Both the position numbers and the translations under genes were made by a program. A DNA stretch of 63,971 nt, filler included, from Lama guanicoe (lineage: Eukaryota): assembly GCA_013239625.1 (NCBI GenBank). It is 199 parts of 199 records of this genome, joined end to end, with 100 filler letters (N's around TTAATTAATTAA, not from the genome) between each part and the next. Parts side by side here need not be neighbours in the genome. Positions count along the whole stretch, not along the records: positions 1 to 222 come from PNXV01040886.1; positions 323 to 544 come from PNXV01040887.1; positions 645 to 866 come from PNXV01040888.1; positions 967 to 1,188 come from PNXV01040889.1; positions 1,289 to 1,509 come from PNXV01040890.1; positions 1,610 to 1,831 come from PNXV01040891.1; positions 1,932 to 2,153 come from PNXV01040892.1; positions 2,254 to 2,475 come from PNXV01040893.1; 191 more parts are not named here. One strand, given 5' to 3'. Shown here in pieces: positions 1-12,135 of the stretch (its first letter is position 1; every line of letters begins with the position of its first letter). Below the pieces are notes generated by a model. That model saw nothing but the letters and a program-made list of their open reading frames with translations, was not told where the DNA came from and searched no databases.

Positions 1-1288
1 TCAGAGAACCATTATCCCTAGAAGAGGTTTTAGCTCCGTAATTCTCTTCCTTCCATCTCTCCCTATAAATCCATCTAACTATTATTGCTAATGTAATCAA
101 ATATGTTCTCTAGAAATCTGCTTACATGTAGCTTTTCCAGTCCAGAACCATCTATCACAACTTTGGCAAGTTTACTTATATTTTTGAAAGCCAATATCTG
201 ATGTTAGACCAGCAGTGCTTAANNNNNNNNNNNNNNNNNNNNNNNNNNNNNNNNNNNNNNNNNNNNTTAATTAATTAANNNNNNNNNNNNNNNNNNNNNN
301 NNNNNNNNNNNNNNNNNNNNNNAAAAAATAATAATAATAAAAAAGGAGGTCGACAAGATGCTGTGTATACTCAGGCAATGCAAGACATTTGTGAAAGTCA
401 AAGCAGTCCATTGGCCAGAACTCTCGAAAACCAACTGGAAAATTCATGCATCCATTCACGCATGCCCACTCATACATCCACCCACGCACGTGCCTGTATC
501 ACTCACGTATATTTACAACCCATCCTTCCCATCCTTATTCACTANNNNNNNNNNNNNNNNNNNNNNNNNNNNNNNNNNNNNNNNNNNNTTAATTAATTAA
601 NNNNNNNNNNNNNNNNNNNNNNNNNNNNNNNNNNNNNNNNNNNNCTTGATCTAGTAATCAAGAATAAATTAATCATGTTTGGATTTGCTGAGTAAACTAG
701 CATTTCATCAATGATACGGATTTATTCACTGATGCATGTGGCAAATATCTAGGGAGTGCCTACGAGGTAGCAGGCACTGCGCGGAAGTCCATGATCCGGA
801 AACCGTGCTTGAGCTCATGAAGTTAAGGCCAAAATGTATGCACAAATAAATAGGGAATCACAATACNNNNNNNNNNNNNNNNNNNNNNNNNNNNNNNNNN
901 NNNNNNNNNNTTAATTAATTAANNNNNNNNNNNNNNNNNNNNNNNNNNNNNNNNNNNNNNNNNNNNCCTGACACCGCCACCCTCACCCAGGTTCGGGACC
1001 GCACAGGCCACTGGGTGCTCTGGGCTCGCTGCAGGTGGAACAAGGCGGGCGTCTGGAAAACCCACTGCTCCGGCTGAGAGCCGGAGGGAGGGAGGGAGAC
1101 GGAGCACCGCTGGGGCTGGAGGGCTGGAGGGAGGAGGGGCGGAGGAGCCGGGAAAGGGGCGGTGTCTGGGGCAGACCCCAAGGGGGCANNNNNNNNNNNN
1201 NNNNNNNNNNNNNNNNNNNNNNNNNNNNNNNNTTAATTAATTAANNNNNNNNNNNNNNNNNNNNNNNNNNNNNNNNNNNNNNNNNNNN

Positions 1289-1509
1289 AAAAAAATGACA
1301 CAAATGAACTTATTTACAAAGTGGAAATAGACTCTCAAACATAGAAAACAAATTTACGGTTGCCAAGGGGGAAAGGGACAGAGGTGGAGGGATAAACTGG
1401 GAGTCCAGGATTTGCAGATACTGACTACTATATATAAAATAGATGAACAGCAAGGTCCTTCTGTATAGCACAGGGAACTATATTCAATACTTTGTAATAG
1501 CCTATAATG
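1289..1509 (+). mobile_element. LINE-1 3' UTR fragment, artiodactyl-type
   Basis: Contains ACAAATGAACTTATTTACAAA...CATAGAAAACAAA...GGGATAAA...TATAGCACAGGGAACTATATTCAATA, typical of cetartiodactyl L1 3' ends. Homologous to 31552-31772 and 34771-34992. Confidence 0.9.
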
Positions 1510-3863
1510 NNNNNNNNNNNNNNNNNNNNNNNNNNNNNNNNNNNNNNNNNNNNTTAATTAATTAANNNNNNNNNNNNNNNNNNNNNNNNNNNNNNNNNNN
1601 NNNNNNNNNTGATTAAAACATACTTTAGTATAAAGTATATGCAACAACAGAGGACTGACTCCTACATATGTCAAACACTTGACAAGAAAAAAGGCCTTAC
1701 AGTCATTTTCCAAGTGCCAATGTTCTATTCATAAACATTGACCGTGTTTTAGGTCATGATCAAAAATCAGTAAGTCAAAAAGAGAATTAATATAACAATA
1801 TCTGATTATAATTTTTTAATGCTAAGTTAATNNNNNNNNNNNNNNNNNNNNNNNNNNNNNNNNNNNNNNNNNNNNTTAATTAATTAANNNNNNNNNNNNN
1901 NNNNNNNNNNNNNNNNNNNNNNNNNNNNNNNCCAGACACTCGAAAGATGAGACCACGGCTGACTTAACGAAAACAATCTCTGCTGAGAAAAAACACCATA
2001 TACAAAGGAAAAAAAAAGTGGGGAAACACAGACACAATAGCAGATATAACAGATGCAATGTAAGCTAATCTTCTTAACATAGAAAACCGCCAGTGAGTGT
2101 GGCAGTGCCAGTTCTGACTCTGTTAAAAGCACTGTTTTGCGGGGGAGGGCAGGNNNNNNNNNNNNNNNNNNNNNNNNNNNNNNNNNNNNNNNNNNNNTTA
2201 ATTAATTAANNNNNNNNNNNNNNNNNNNNNNNNNNNNNNNNNNNNNNNNNNNNGTCAATAAAATGGCAAAATGTGGGCAGAATAGAGGCTAGGATTAAGA
2301 GATGATTTGAAGTTTGTCCCCAGAAGGTTGGTTACCAGGGTGGTGTCAATTTGAATTGAACTTTTAAGTAGAATAGGCTTTGGTAATATTTAACCGAATT
2401 TATCTGAATAGGTAATTGTACTCTTTAATTGGGAGAAATCAACAATACTTTGAGATACTGAATGCTTATATACTANNNNNNNNNNNNNNNNNNNNNNNNN
2501 NNNNNNNNNNNNNNNNNNNTTAATTAATTAANNNNNNNNNNNNNNNNNNNNNNNNNNNNNNNNNNNNNNNNNNNNTAGCTTAAAATGGTATGGGAAATGC
2601 TTTGACTGTCTTTTCCCATTATGTTCAGATGCTACAGAAGCCACTGGGGTTTCCAGTCATCGGCTCCAACCACCTTACTCTTACGAATGGGACTCATCCT
2701 CCATGAATAACCTAAGACCCTGCATATCCTTCAGGGAAGGTGCAATCAAATCCAGGACACGCTGGTGGAAAGCACTTTGGGGCTCCATTTCTTGAGCNNN
2801 NNNNNNNNNNNNNNNNNNNNNNNNNNNNNNNNNNNNNNNNNTTAATTAATTAANNNNNNNNNNNNNNNNNNNNNNNNNNNNNNNNNNNNNNNNNNNNTCA
2901 TACGGTGCCTTCCTACCAGGATCGCCTCTTCCTGGGCCTGCTCCCGTATCTTGGGAACCTCAACATGACAGCCATGTTGCCTGTCCCTACTTCCACTGTA
3001 GCTGGACTGTTAGGCACAAAACAAAAGTCATGCTAAATTTCCGATTTAGGAAATTCTGTTTCTGGAACCGTTGCTGCTGCACTAAGCAGATCTGTGCAGA
3101 GATAAGCTTGCTACTATCTNNNNNNNNNNNNNNNNNNNNNNNNNNNNNNNNNNNNNNNNNNNNTTAATTAATTAANNNNNNNNNNNNNNNNNNNNNNNNN
3201 NNNNNNNNNNNNNNNNNNNGAGGACTCTCAAAGCCAAGCCTGCTCCAAAGAGGGAGCCTGGATGTCCCAGGATGACAACTGGGCTCCTGGACTAGGAATT
3301 CAGTTCTGCAGCCAGCATGAGGGGCTTGGTTGAGGGGAGAGGCTCCAAACCCAGGCCTGGCCGGGCACGTCCCTCCTGGGCTCCCCACACGCCTCTCCTG
3401 CCCCCTAGACCCAGCCCAGTGCTGCCGTCACCACACCCCAANNNNNNNNNNNNNNNNNNNNNNNNNNNNNNNNNNNNNNNNNNNNTTAATTAATTAANNN
3501 NNNNNNNNNNNNNNNNNNNNNNNNNNNNNNNNNNNNNNNNNCCAAGGCTGCCCAAATGTCTGGGTGTGCTGGGGAAATGCTGAGGCTTCAGGAGGCCCAT
3601 GTGCCAGCTGGAAGGGCCCTTGGTCAGCCCACTCCTCCTACTCCAGCCCCAGGGAGAGCCCAATTCCCTGCTGGCTGGGCCTGCTGGGCCCTGGGGTGGG
3701 CACAGCCTCTCACACAGAGCAGCCCTTGCCAGGAGGACTTTCTGGTGTTACCTGTCATGTAGTNNNNNNNNNNNNNNNNNNNNNNNNNNNNNNNNNNNNN
3801 NNNNNNNTTAATTAATTAANNNNNNNNNNNNNNNNNNNNNNNNNNNNNNNNNNNNNNNNNNNN

Positions 3864-4085
3864 TCCTAATAGCCATTCATGACTCTTTTCTTTCTCTCAC
3901 ACTCACATTCTATCTGATGGCAAGTCCTAACAGCTTTATCTTCAAATATACCCGGAGTCTGACCGCTTCTTGTTACCCCCATGACCACTATTATCTTTCA
4001 CCTGGATTATTGTAGTAGGCTCCTAACTGGCCTCACTCCTTCTGCCCTTAACACCTACAGTCAGTTCTCATCACAGCAGCCAGAA
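3864..4085 (+). mobile_element. LINE-2 fragment
   Basis: CTTCAAATATACCCGGAGTCTGACCGCTTCT...CACCTGGATTATTGTAGTAGGCTCCTAACTGGCCTC resembles the recalled L2 3' region. Confidence 0.7.
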
Positions 4086-7000
4086 NNNNNNNNNNNNNNN
4101 NNNNNNNNNNNNNNNNNNNNNNNNNNNNNTTAATTAATTAANNNNNNNNNNNNNNNNNNNNNNNNNNNNNNNNNNNNNNNNNNNNTGAGGTAATTAAGTT
4201 CAAAGACATTTCATTCAAATAAAGAATTTGGGATCTGAAGTCTAAATACATCTTCATCAATTACCAAAAGTAGAACTCGATTAATGTGAGGGCTATCAGA
4301 TTAGAAGCCATCATAAAACTTTCTAATTTCTGGTTGAAGTATAGCACATTTATAATATAGAACAGTGACTGCCCAAAATGCATGATATTAACTTCTTCAT
4401 ATTCCTTNNNNNNNNNNNNNNNNNNNNNNNNNNNNNNNNNNNNNNNNNNNNTTAATTAATTAANNNNNNNNNNNNNNNNNNNNNNNNNNNNNNNNNNNNN
4501 NNNNNNNTATAGTTCAGGCACACTTGTAGGCTCTGTGTTTGTAGCAGTCAACAGGAGAGGCAAAGTCTTATCCTCACGGCCAGTACAATCTAGCAGAAGA
4601 GACAGACAATGGAAAGCAAAGATATGACTGGATGTCCAACGTAAATAGTATGTAGCTATAGATGCTTTGAAGGAAACTGTAGCTGTCAAAGTGGATGGAT
4701 GTGGCAGGGGTAGAAAGTGGCCATTTTACNNNNNNNNNNNNNNNNNNNNNNNNNNNNNNNNNNNNNNNNNNNNTTAATTAATTAANNNNNNNNNNNNNNN
4801 NNNNNNNNNNNNNNNNNNNNNNNNNNNNNTACAATTCAGCTCAGGTCCTAATTCCTTCTGAAGGCTTTCCTGACGACAAGTTTCAATTAGGTGCCTCGGC
4901 TCCTTTTCTCACTTATACTTTAACCGATCATACAATTTGTGGCGCTGCACTGCAATTTTTTATTAACTTGCCTGTTTCTTTTTCTAGGCAGAGAGTTCCT
5001 TGAGGTCAAAGAATCTTTCTTAACCATCTATTAATACATAAAGCTTTAGAGNNNNNNNNNNNNNNNNNNNNNNNNNNNNNNNNNNNNNNNNNNNNTTAAT
5101 TAATTAANNNNNNNNNNNNNNNNNNNNNNNNNNNNNNNNNNNNNNNNNNNNTTACAATACCAGATAGAAATTTGGATCCACATAAACAAGTGAAGAGCTC
5201 TGGAAATAGCAAAAATAAAGATTTTTTAAAATTGTTAATTGCTTTAAAAGATACTTTTATTAGTTAAAGCAAAAATAGAATCAATGTACTGTGTATTTTA
5301 CAACATATATAAAATATAATATAGGAAAATAGAGCATAAAGAATTATAGAAAATTGAAATATATTGCCATAATNNNNNNNNNNNNNNNNNNNNNNNNNNN
5401 NNNNNNNNNNNNNNNNNTTAATTAATTAANNNNNNNNNNNNNNNNNNNNNNNNNNNNNNNNNNNNNNNNNNNNGCAAACAACCCTTTTACCCCAATGGCC
5501 TGAATCATCCGGTTGAAATCCCATGTAATCTTCTCTAATGACTAATAAGTGGACTTCGATGGCGCCTGCGCTGACTCGCCCTGTGCTGGGAACACCCCAG
5601 AGCCGGCTTTCCCCCAGGGCGGGGTCCTCTCGGGAGGCGCTGTGCCGTGGGGCTCCGGCCTCCTGGCTGAGACCCCTGAGGGGCGGTGGGATCGTNNNNN
5701 NNNNNNNNNNNNNNNNNNNNNNNNNNNNNNNNNNNNNNNTTAATTAATTAANNNNNNNNNNNNNNNNNNNNNNNNNNNNNNNNNNNNNNNNNNNNAAAAG
5801 CATACCAGTTCTGGGGTCCCAAGCCAGGAGAGTCTGAGTCCTGGTCCTGGGGTCAATTTCATCAAATCTGTAATTTTGATGCTTCCCTAGATGATTCTAA
5901 TGACCAGCCATGTTTGAGAACTAGACTTGTCTAGTTATCTTTTAAAACCAAATTTTTTAAACTGAAACGTAGTTGATTTACAATGTTGGGTTAGTTTCTG
6001 GTGTACAGCACAGTGATNNNNNNNNNNNNNNNNNNNNNNNNNNNNNNNNNNNNNNNNNNNNTTAATTAATTAANNNNNNNNNNNNNNNNNNNNNNNNNNN
6101 NNNNNNNNNNNNNNNNNCTGTGTTTCTTGCATGGTCTTGGGGGAGAAGAGAGGGAAGCAGCATGTGTTCTGACAGCAGAAGCTGGGGACCCAGGGCACTT
6201 CGCAGTCGGCCCCAGGGAGTCACCTGTGGCAGAATCCGGTGGGAAGAGGCAGTTAGAGTCCCACTGATCCCCTCTATCCTTTGGCTTTAGGCATCTTTCC
6301 TTTCCGTGGCTTTTTCACTAAGCATCTCCTTCCATTCTTNNNNNNNNNNNNNNNNNNNNNNNNNNNNNNNNNNNNNNNNNNNNTTAATTAATTAANNNNN
6401 NNNNNNNNNNNNNNNNNNNNNNNNNNNNNNNNNNNNNNNAAAATCACTGTTTCCTGAGAAAGGCATTTTCCACAGCTGATGGGGCCCCAGTGATCGCCTG
6501 TAGCAGTTATCCGCCTGCCTCAGTGATGCTTCTTCAGGGTGATTTTCAGCCTTATACGTAGAACACGTTTTTTCTTTTAAAAAAAAGGACAAAACAGGCT
6601 CAGTTCGGGCTCCCTGATTAGCCACTTGTTGCAATTCGCCGCGGGTCAGTGGGGGCGGTGCNNNNNNNNNNNNNNNNNNNNNNNNNNNNNNNNNNNNNNN
6701 NNNNNTTAATTAATTAANNNNNNNNNNNNNNNNNNNNNNNNNNNNNNNNNNNNNNNNNNNNTCCCACCATCCGTAGGACCTCGCCTTTTCCACCAAGCCC
6801 ATTGCCCTGAGAAATGGATGTAGGTGAGGGAGGGTGCCTGAAATGGCTCATAATCCCTCTGGTTTTCCTCTCAAGTTATGCATGAACTTACATCTAGCCT
6901 GTAAAAGTCCCAGAGATTTCATTCTAGAACTCAGTTAATAGTTCCACACTTTACTTTGTCATTTATTTCAACACATTTAATGGNNNNNNNNNNNNNNNNN

Positions 7001-7500
7001 NNNNNNNNNNNNNNNNNNNNNNNNNNNTTAATTAATTAANNNNNNNNNNNNNNNNNNNNNNNNNNNNNNNNNNNNNNNNNNNNTGGGATTTGAACAGAAT
7101 GCGGCTGGACTTCTGCCTCCAGCGGTAACTCCGTGGTGGCTTCAGGGCAGGGGATTGCAGGAGCTGGTGGAGCTGGCATGGCGGGGTGCGGCCCGTGGGG
7201 AAGACGCGAGAGGCGGGGACTGTCGCACGTGGAACCCCACCCCGGCTAAGTGAGCGCCGAGCCTCACATCACTGCCCGGTTCCTCCCTGGATTTCTAAAT
7301 GCCGGNNNNNNNNNNNNNNNNNNNNNNNNNNNNNNNNNNNNNNNNNNNNTTAATTAATTAANNNNNNNNNNNNNNNNNNNNNNNNNNNNNNNNNNNNNNN
7401 NNNNNGAACAAATTTTATTAAGTCCCTCATAAGAATCAGACCTGGAGGTATATGTTTTACATACATTTCATCTTTTAATCATAGCCATGCTTTAAGGTCT

Positions 7501-7627
7501 AGTGTGTGCGGGAACTGGCTTATAATGGCTCACAATAGCCATTTATTATATATTGTCCAACTCTGCATTCAGTGACTACACATTGGTATCTTTAAATCAG
7601 TCACTGTGGGAGTATTTACAACACTGA
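7501..7627. mobile_element. MER63-like hAT DNA transposon fragment
   Basis: AACTCTGCATTCAGTGACTACACATTGGTATCTTTAAATCAGTCACTGTGGGAGTATTTACA resembles the recalled MER63 consensus. Confidence 0.55.
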
Positions 7628-8693
7628 NNNNNNNNNNNNNNNNNNNNNNNNNNNNNNNNNNNNNNNNNNNNTTAATTAATTAANNNNNNNNNNNNNNNNN
7701 NNNNNNNNNNNNNNNNNNNNNNNNNNNTTATCATGTTGTTGCTCACCCCTTCCTCTATCTTATCCCTTCTTTTTTTTGGGGGGGGTTGTTTCCTATAGCA
7801 TCCAGGGTCTTTTAATAATACACAGGCCTCTGTTCCTACCTCTCTATTTCTCACATCCCTAGATAACTTGAAAAAAAAAGTTAGAATAAAAAAAGTCCAT
7901 CAAGTTCAGCATAAGTAAATTTATCAACATCTTGCTAGCTCCGTTCTTTNNNNNNNNNNNNNNNNNNNNNNNNNNNNNNNNNNNNNNNNNNNNTTAATTA
8001 ATTAANNNNNNNNNNNNNNNNNNNNNNNNNNNNNNNNNNNNNNNNNNNNATATGTATGTATGCATGTAAGTTACACTGTAATAAAAATTTAAAGACAAGT
8101 TTATTAAATATAAAATTTTTAAAAATCTAAATATATTCTTCATTCCAAGAGGCAATCGCATAACAAAAACACAGCAAAGTTTAAAATTGTGATGAGAAAC
8201 CATCCTTCTGTAAATATGATGAATTTGAAATATTAATACCAAATATTATAATATTTAATGTACAGATGAATNNNNNNNNNNNNNNNNNNNNNNNNNNNNN
8301 NNNNNNNNNNNNNNNTTAATTAATTAANNNNNNNNNNNNNNNNNNNNNNNNNNNNNNNNNNNNNNNNNNNNATGAGGCAGCCTGGGGGGCACAGCCAGTG
8401 CAAAGGTCCTGAGGCAGAAAAAAGGTTAGGGAGGAAGGGAAAGGTGGCCAGGCTGGAGTGTAGTGATCTAAGGAAGACACACCCCCGAGCGCAGGCATGT
8501 GGTTTCTGGTGCCCATGTCAAGTGCACTTAAGGGCCCTGCAAACAGCAGGCACTCAATAAATTCTGCTGATTGCCTGGAAGTGTGGCTCTCCCNNNNNNN
8601 NNNNNNNNNNNNNNNNNNNNNNNNNNNNNNNNNNNNNTTAATTAATTAANNNNNNNNNNNNNNNNNNNNNNNNNNNNNNNNNNNNNNNNNNNN

Positions 8694-8915
8694 CACTCCT
8701 GGGCCTGCCCTGGCCTGGGCCTGCACACTAATGGGCCTGAACTCCTGGGAATGCACCCTCCTGGGCCTGCACACTCCTGTATCTGCTCACTCCTGTGACT
8801 GCATATACCTGGGCCTGCAAACTCCTGGTCCTGCACATTCCTGGGCATGCTGCATTTGGCATTACACTCTCCTGTGACGGCCCTCACCTGTCCTGCACAC
8901 ACCTAGGCCTGCACA
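8694..8915 (+). repeat. 16-bp minisatellite/satellite, about 14 degenerate copies, consensus CACTCCTGGGCCTGCA
   Basis: Units read directly from the sequence include cactcctgggcctgcc, ctggcctgggcctgca, ccctcctgggcctgca, cactcctgtgactgca, tatacctgggcctgca and cacacctaggcctgca. The repeat fills the whole contig. Confidence 0.9.
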
Positions 8916-9015
8916 NNNNNNNNNNNNNNNNNNNNNNNNNNNNNNNNNNNNNNNNNNNNTTAATTAATTAANNNNNNNNNNNNNNNNNNNNNNNNNNNNN
9001 NNNNNNNNNNNNNNN

Positions 9016-9237
9016 ATTGTATTATTTTTAAACCAAATTTATTCAATCGTGCTAAAAGGCATTTATCTACATAGAAGGTGCAGAAACAGAGACCAAGAGG
9101 TAATATGCTTAAGTTTCCACAGCCAGTTCGTGAACATTTAAACGACAATGGTTGTACTATAGATTTTGTATTCATAACCACATAAAATGTTTCCTCTCTA
9201 TTAAACTCTGACAATACATTTGAGTACATGTAACAAG
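9016..9237 (+). repeat. Near-identical inverted copy of contig 36059-36280 (assembly bubble arm)
   Basis: Reverse complement aligns end to end without gaps; 9 substitutions; 49 identical bases at each end. Confidence 0.95.
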
Positions 9238-10303
9238 NNNNNNNNNNNNNNNNNNNNNNNNNNNNNNNNNNNNNNNNNNNNTTAATTAATTAANNNNNNN
9301 NNNNNNNNNNNNNNNNNNNNNNNNNNNNNNNNNNNNNCCTGGGCTCTCAGATGTCTGCCTGTGATCCCCCAACAGATAAAGTACATTCTTTACCAGGTGT
9401 GTTCCCCTAACAAACTATTAGTCCTAGGCAATGCTTAATCTCACAGTGACTCAGGCTGGCTTGTCTCAGCCCACTTTATCAGCCATAAACCCCACCACCC
9501 TTCACGGACCCCCTAAACCTCTTACCTCACCTGCAACCAATCAGAGACTTGTGCACAAGNNNNNNNNNNNNNNNNNNNNNNNNNNNNNNNNNNNNNNNNN
9601 NNNTTAATTAATTAANNNNNNNNNNNNNNNNNNNNNNNNNNNNNNNNNNNNNNNNNNNNGACCTCGTCACACATCCACGTCCACATCCACATAAGAGAGG
9701 ACTCAGCATCTGCTGGAATGTCCTCATCGACGGGGAGCTCATCCCAACCAGAGGCATCTCACGCCCCTGGGGAGTTCTCCAAACACTGAAAGTGCTTCTA
9801 CCATCTTCACTTTGGACAGCATCCTCAGCCTGCAGGCTCAACTTCATGAAGTTCATGGGCCGCATGAAAGGTGAAATGCTGNNNNNNNNNNNNNNNNNNN
9901 NNNNNNNNNNNNNNNNNNNNNNNNNTTAATTAATTAANNNNNNNNNNNNNNNNNNNNNNNNNNNNNNNNNNNNNNNNNNNNCAGTACTTTCTCATTGTTG
10001 TGCAACCATCATTACCATCCATTTCCAGAATTGTTTATCTTCCACAATTGAAATTTTATGCCCCTATGATATGAATCCCTCATTTCCCTCTGTCTTCAGC
10101 CCCTTTCTTTTCTATAAATGTGACCACTCTAGGTACTGCATTTTAGTGAAATCATGTAATATTTGTTTTTTGTGCTGGCTTATTTCACTTACTGTGTCTT
10201 CACNNNNNNNNNNNNNNNNNNNNNNNNNNNNNNNNNNNNNNNNNNNNTTAATTAATTAANNNNNNNNNNNNNNNNNNNNNNNNNNNNNNNNNNNNNNNNN
10301 NNN

Positions 10304-10525
10304 TAAGAAAGTGGACGGAGCAAACGGAACTCCAGCACAAAGCTGGTGAGGAGGAAGAATGGCAGAGACATTTGAGAAGATCGTTGGGCAATTTCTTACC
10401 AAGGTAAATGTACACTTACCAAATGACCCTGGGACGCTGTCCCATGCATTCAGCCGAGAGAAATGAGAATTTATGTCCACACAAAAATCTATGTGCAAAT
10501 GTTCCTAATGGCTTTATTCATAAGT
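10304..10525 (+). mobile_element. Old LINE-1 (L1M) ORF2-end fragment
   Basis: GAGAAATGAGAATTTATGTCCACACAAAAATCTATGTGCAAATGTTCCTAATGGCTTTATTCATAA is a typical L1M motif. Confidence 0.75.
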
Positions 10526-10648
10526 NNNNNNNNNNNNNNNNNNNNNNNNNNNNNNNNNNNNNNNNNNNNTTAATTAATTAANNNNNNNNNNNNNNNNNNN
10601 NNNNNNNNNNNNNNNNNNNNNNNNNGCCATAGAGATTTAAAGATATCT

Positions 10649-10847
10649 GGAGTGACATCACCGAAATTGCCACGTAGGAGACCTCAGCCTCCATTCCCCT
10701 TCAGAGATCAACAATTAGCCGTCCTTGATCAAAAACAGCTCACAAAAAGGAGATGATAACGTTGTGATATAATAGAGGACTTAATTAAAGCTATGGCTGG
10801 ATCATTTTGCAGTACCTAAGTATATCTAATCAATACGTAGTGCCCTT
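10649..10847 (+). mobile_element. LINE-1 5'-end-like sequence joined to L1 3' UTR-like sequence
   Basis: 10649-10739 resembles L1M 5' ends (GAGTGACGTCAGCAA.ATGGCG). 10740-10847 resembles L1MA-type 3' ends (ATCATTTTGCA.TA..TAAGT.TATC.AATCAA). Confidence 0.5.
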
Positions 10848-10952
10848 NNNNNNNNNNNNNNNNNNNNNNNNNNNNNNNNNNNNNNNNNNNNTTAATTAAT
10901 TAANNNNNNNNNNNNNNNNNNNNNNNNNNNNNNNNNNNNNNNNNNNNAGTCT

Positions 10953-11061
10953 TGTCAGAAGTGGGATTTGAACCCACGCCTCCATATGGAGACCAGAGGC
11001 CCCAAGAAGAGGAAGACAGAAGCTTGAGTCTGGCGCCTTTAGACCACTCGGCCATCCTGAC
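10953..11061 (-). tRNA. Intron-containing tRNA-Leu(CAA) gene, variant or possible pseudogene
   Basis: Minus strand reads GTCAGGATGGCCGAGTGGTCTAAAGGCGCCAGACTCAAG-[24-nt intron, 11022-10999]-CTCTGGTCTCCATATGGAGGCGTGGGTTCAAATCCCACTTCTGACA. Anticodon CAA at 11026-11024. Acceptor, anticodon, variable and T stems pair. Confidence 0.93.
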
Positions 11062-11591
11062 ATGACAACTATACCTTGAAATTGATATCAACTGTGTCAA
11101 TGACTGGAGGCTGTTGCATCCAGGAAGGAGAGGAACAAGCTATTCCTAGAATCTACAGGAGCAAACCAANNNNNNNNNNNNNNNNNNNNNNNNNNNNNNN
11201 NNNNNNNNNNNNNTTAATTAATTAANNNNNNNNNNNNNNNNNNNNNNNNNNNNNNNNNNNNNNNNNNNNAGTCACTGCCTGCGGTCTTTGAAATATTACA
11301 ACGGAAAATGAGCTGGAAGGCTGGAGAGGGTCAAATGGCCATTTCTGATTTTGAAAGGGAAGAAAGTGGAGACTTTGAACATTGAGTCAGAGGGCTGAGC
11401 AGAAACAGAAGGGTGATTTGAGAAGCCCCAGAAAAGGAAGCGATGATTCCTGGGAGCCAGAATGGGTTCATCAGCCCCAGCTCCACCCCACNNNNNNNNN
11501 NNNNNNNNNNNNNNNNNNNNNNNNNNNNNNNNNNNTTAATTAATTAANNNNNNNNNNNNNNNNNNNNNNNNNNNNNNNNNNNNNNNNNNNN

Positions 11592-11813
11592 TTGGGATAT
11601 TAACCCTTTATTAGTCATATCATTTGAAGATTTTTTTTCCCATTCAGTAGGTTGACTTTTCATCTTGTCAATGGTTTCCTTTGTTGTGCAAAAGCATTTA
11701 AGTCTAATTATGTCATGGTTGTTAATTTTTGCTTTCATTTCCTTTGCTTTAGGAGACGGATCCAAAAAAAATATTATTATGACTTTTGTTAAAGAGCGTT
11801 CCACCTATGTTTT
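11592..11813 (-). mobile_element. LINE-1 ORF2 C-terminal fragment
   Basis: Translation SPKAKEMKAKINNHDIIRLKCFCTTKETIDKMKSQPTEWEK matches the L1 ORF2 motif KLKSFCTAKET...RQPTEWEK. Confidence 0.93.
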
Positions 11814-11913
11814 NNNNNNNNNNNNNNNNNNNNNNNNNNNNNNNNNNNNNNNNNNNNTTAATTAATTAANNNNNNNNNNNNNNNNNNNNNNNNNNNNNNN
11901 NNNNNNNNNNNNN

Positions 11914-12135
11914 CAGGCCATGATTGACCTCGTAGAGTCTATTTTCCAGACCCACCAGCCAACTTGGGACGACATCCATCAGCTGCTCCTGACACTCTTC
12001 AATACTGAAGAAAGAAAGCATATCCTGACAGAAACAAAAAAAATGGCTACAAGAGCAAGCCCCAGAGAGAACCATGGGTGCAGAAGGGTGGGCCCAAAAT
12101 GCAGCCCCAGAAAAAAGGCCAAACTGGGATTTTAA
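11914..12135 (+). mobile_element. gag: Endogenous gammaretrovirus-like (ERV1) gag p30 capsid fragment, frameshifted
   Basis: Translation ESIFQTHQPTWDDIHQLLLTLFNTEER matches MLV p30 THQPTWDDCQQLL. After a frameshift in the A8 run (12036-12043) it continues WLQEQAP...PEKRPNWDF, like MLV PLERPDWDY. Confidence 0.9.

Noticed and set aside
2600..2797. Acceptor-like site (GTTCAG/) followed by short open frames
   Set aside because: No identifiable protein motif, so an exon call cannot be supported.
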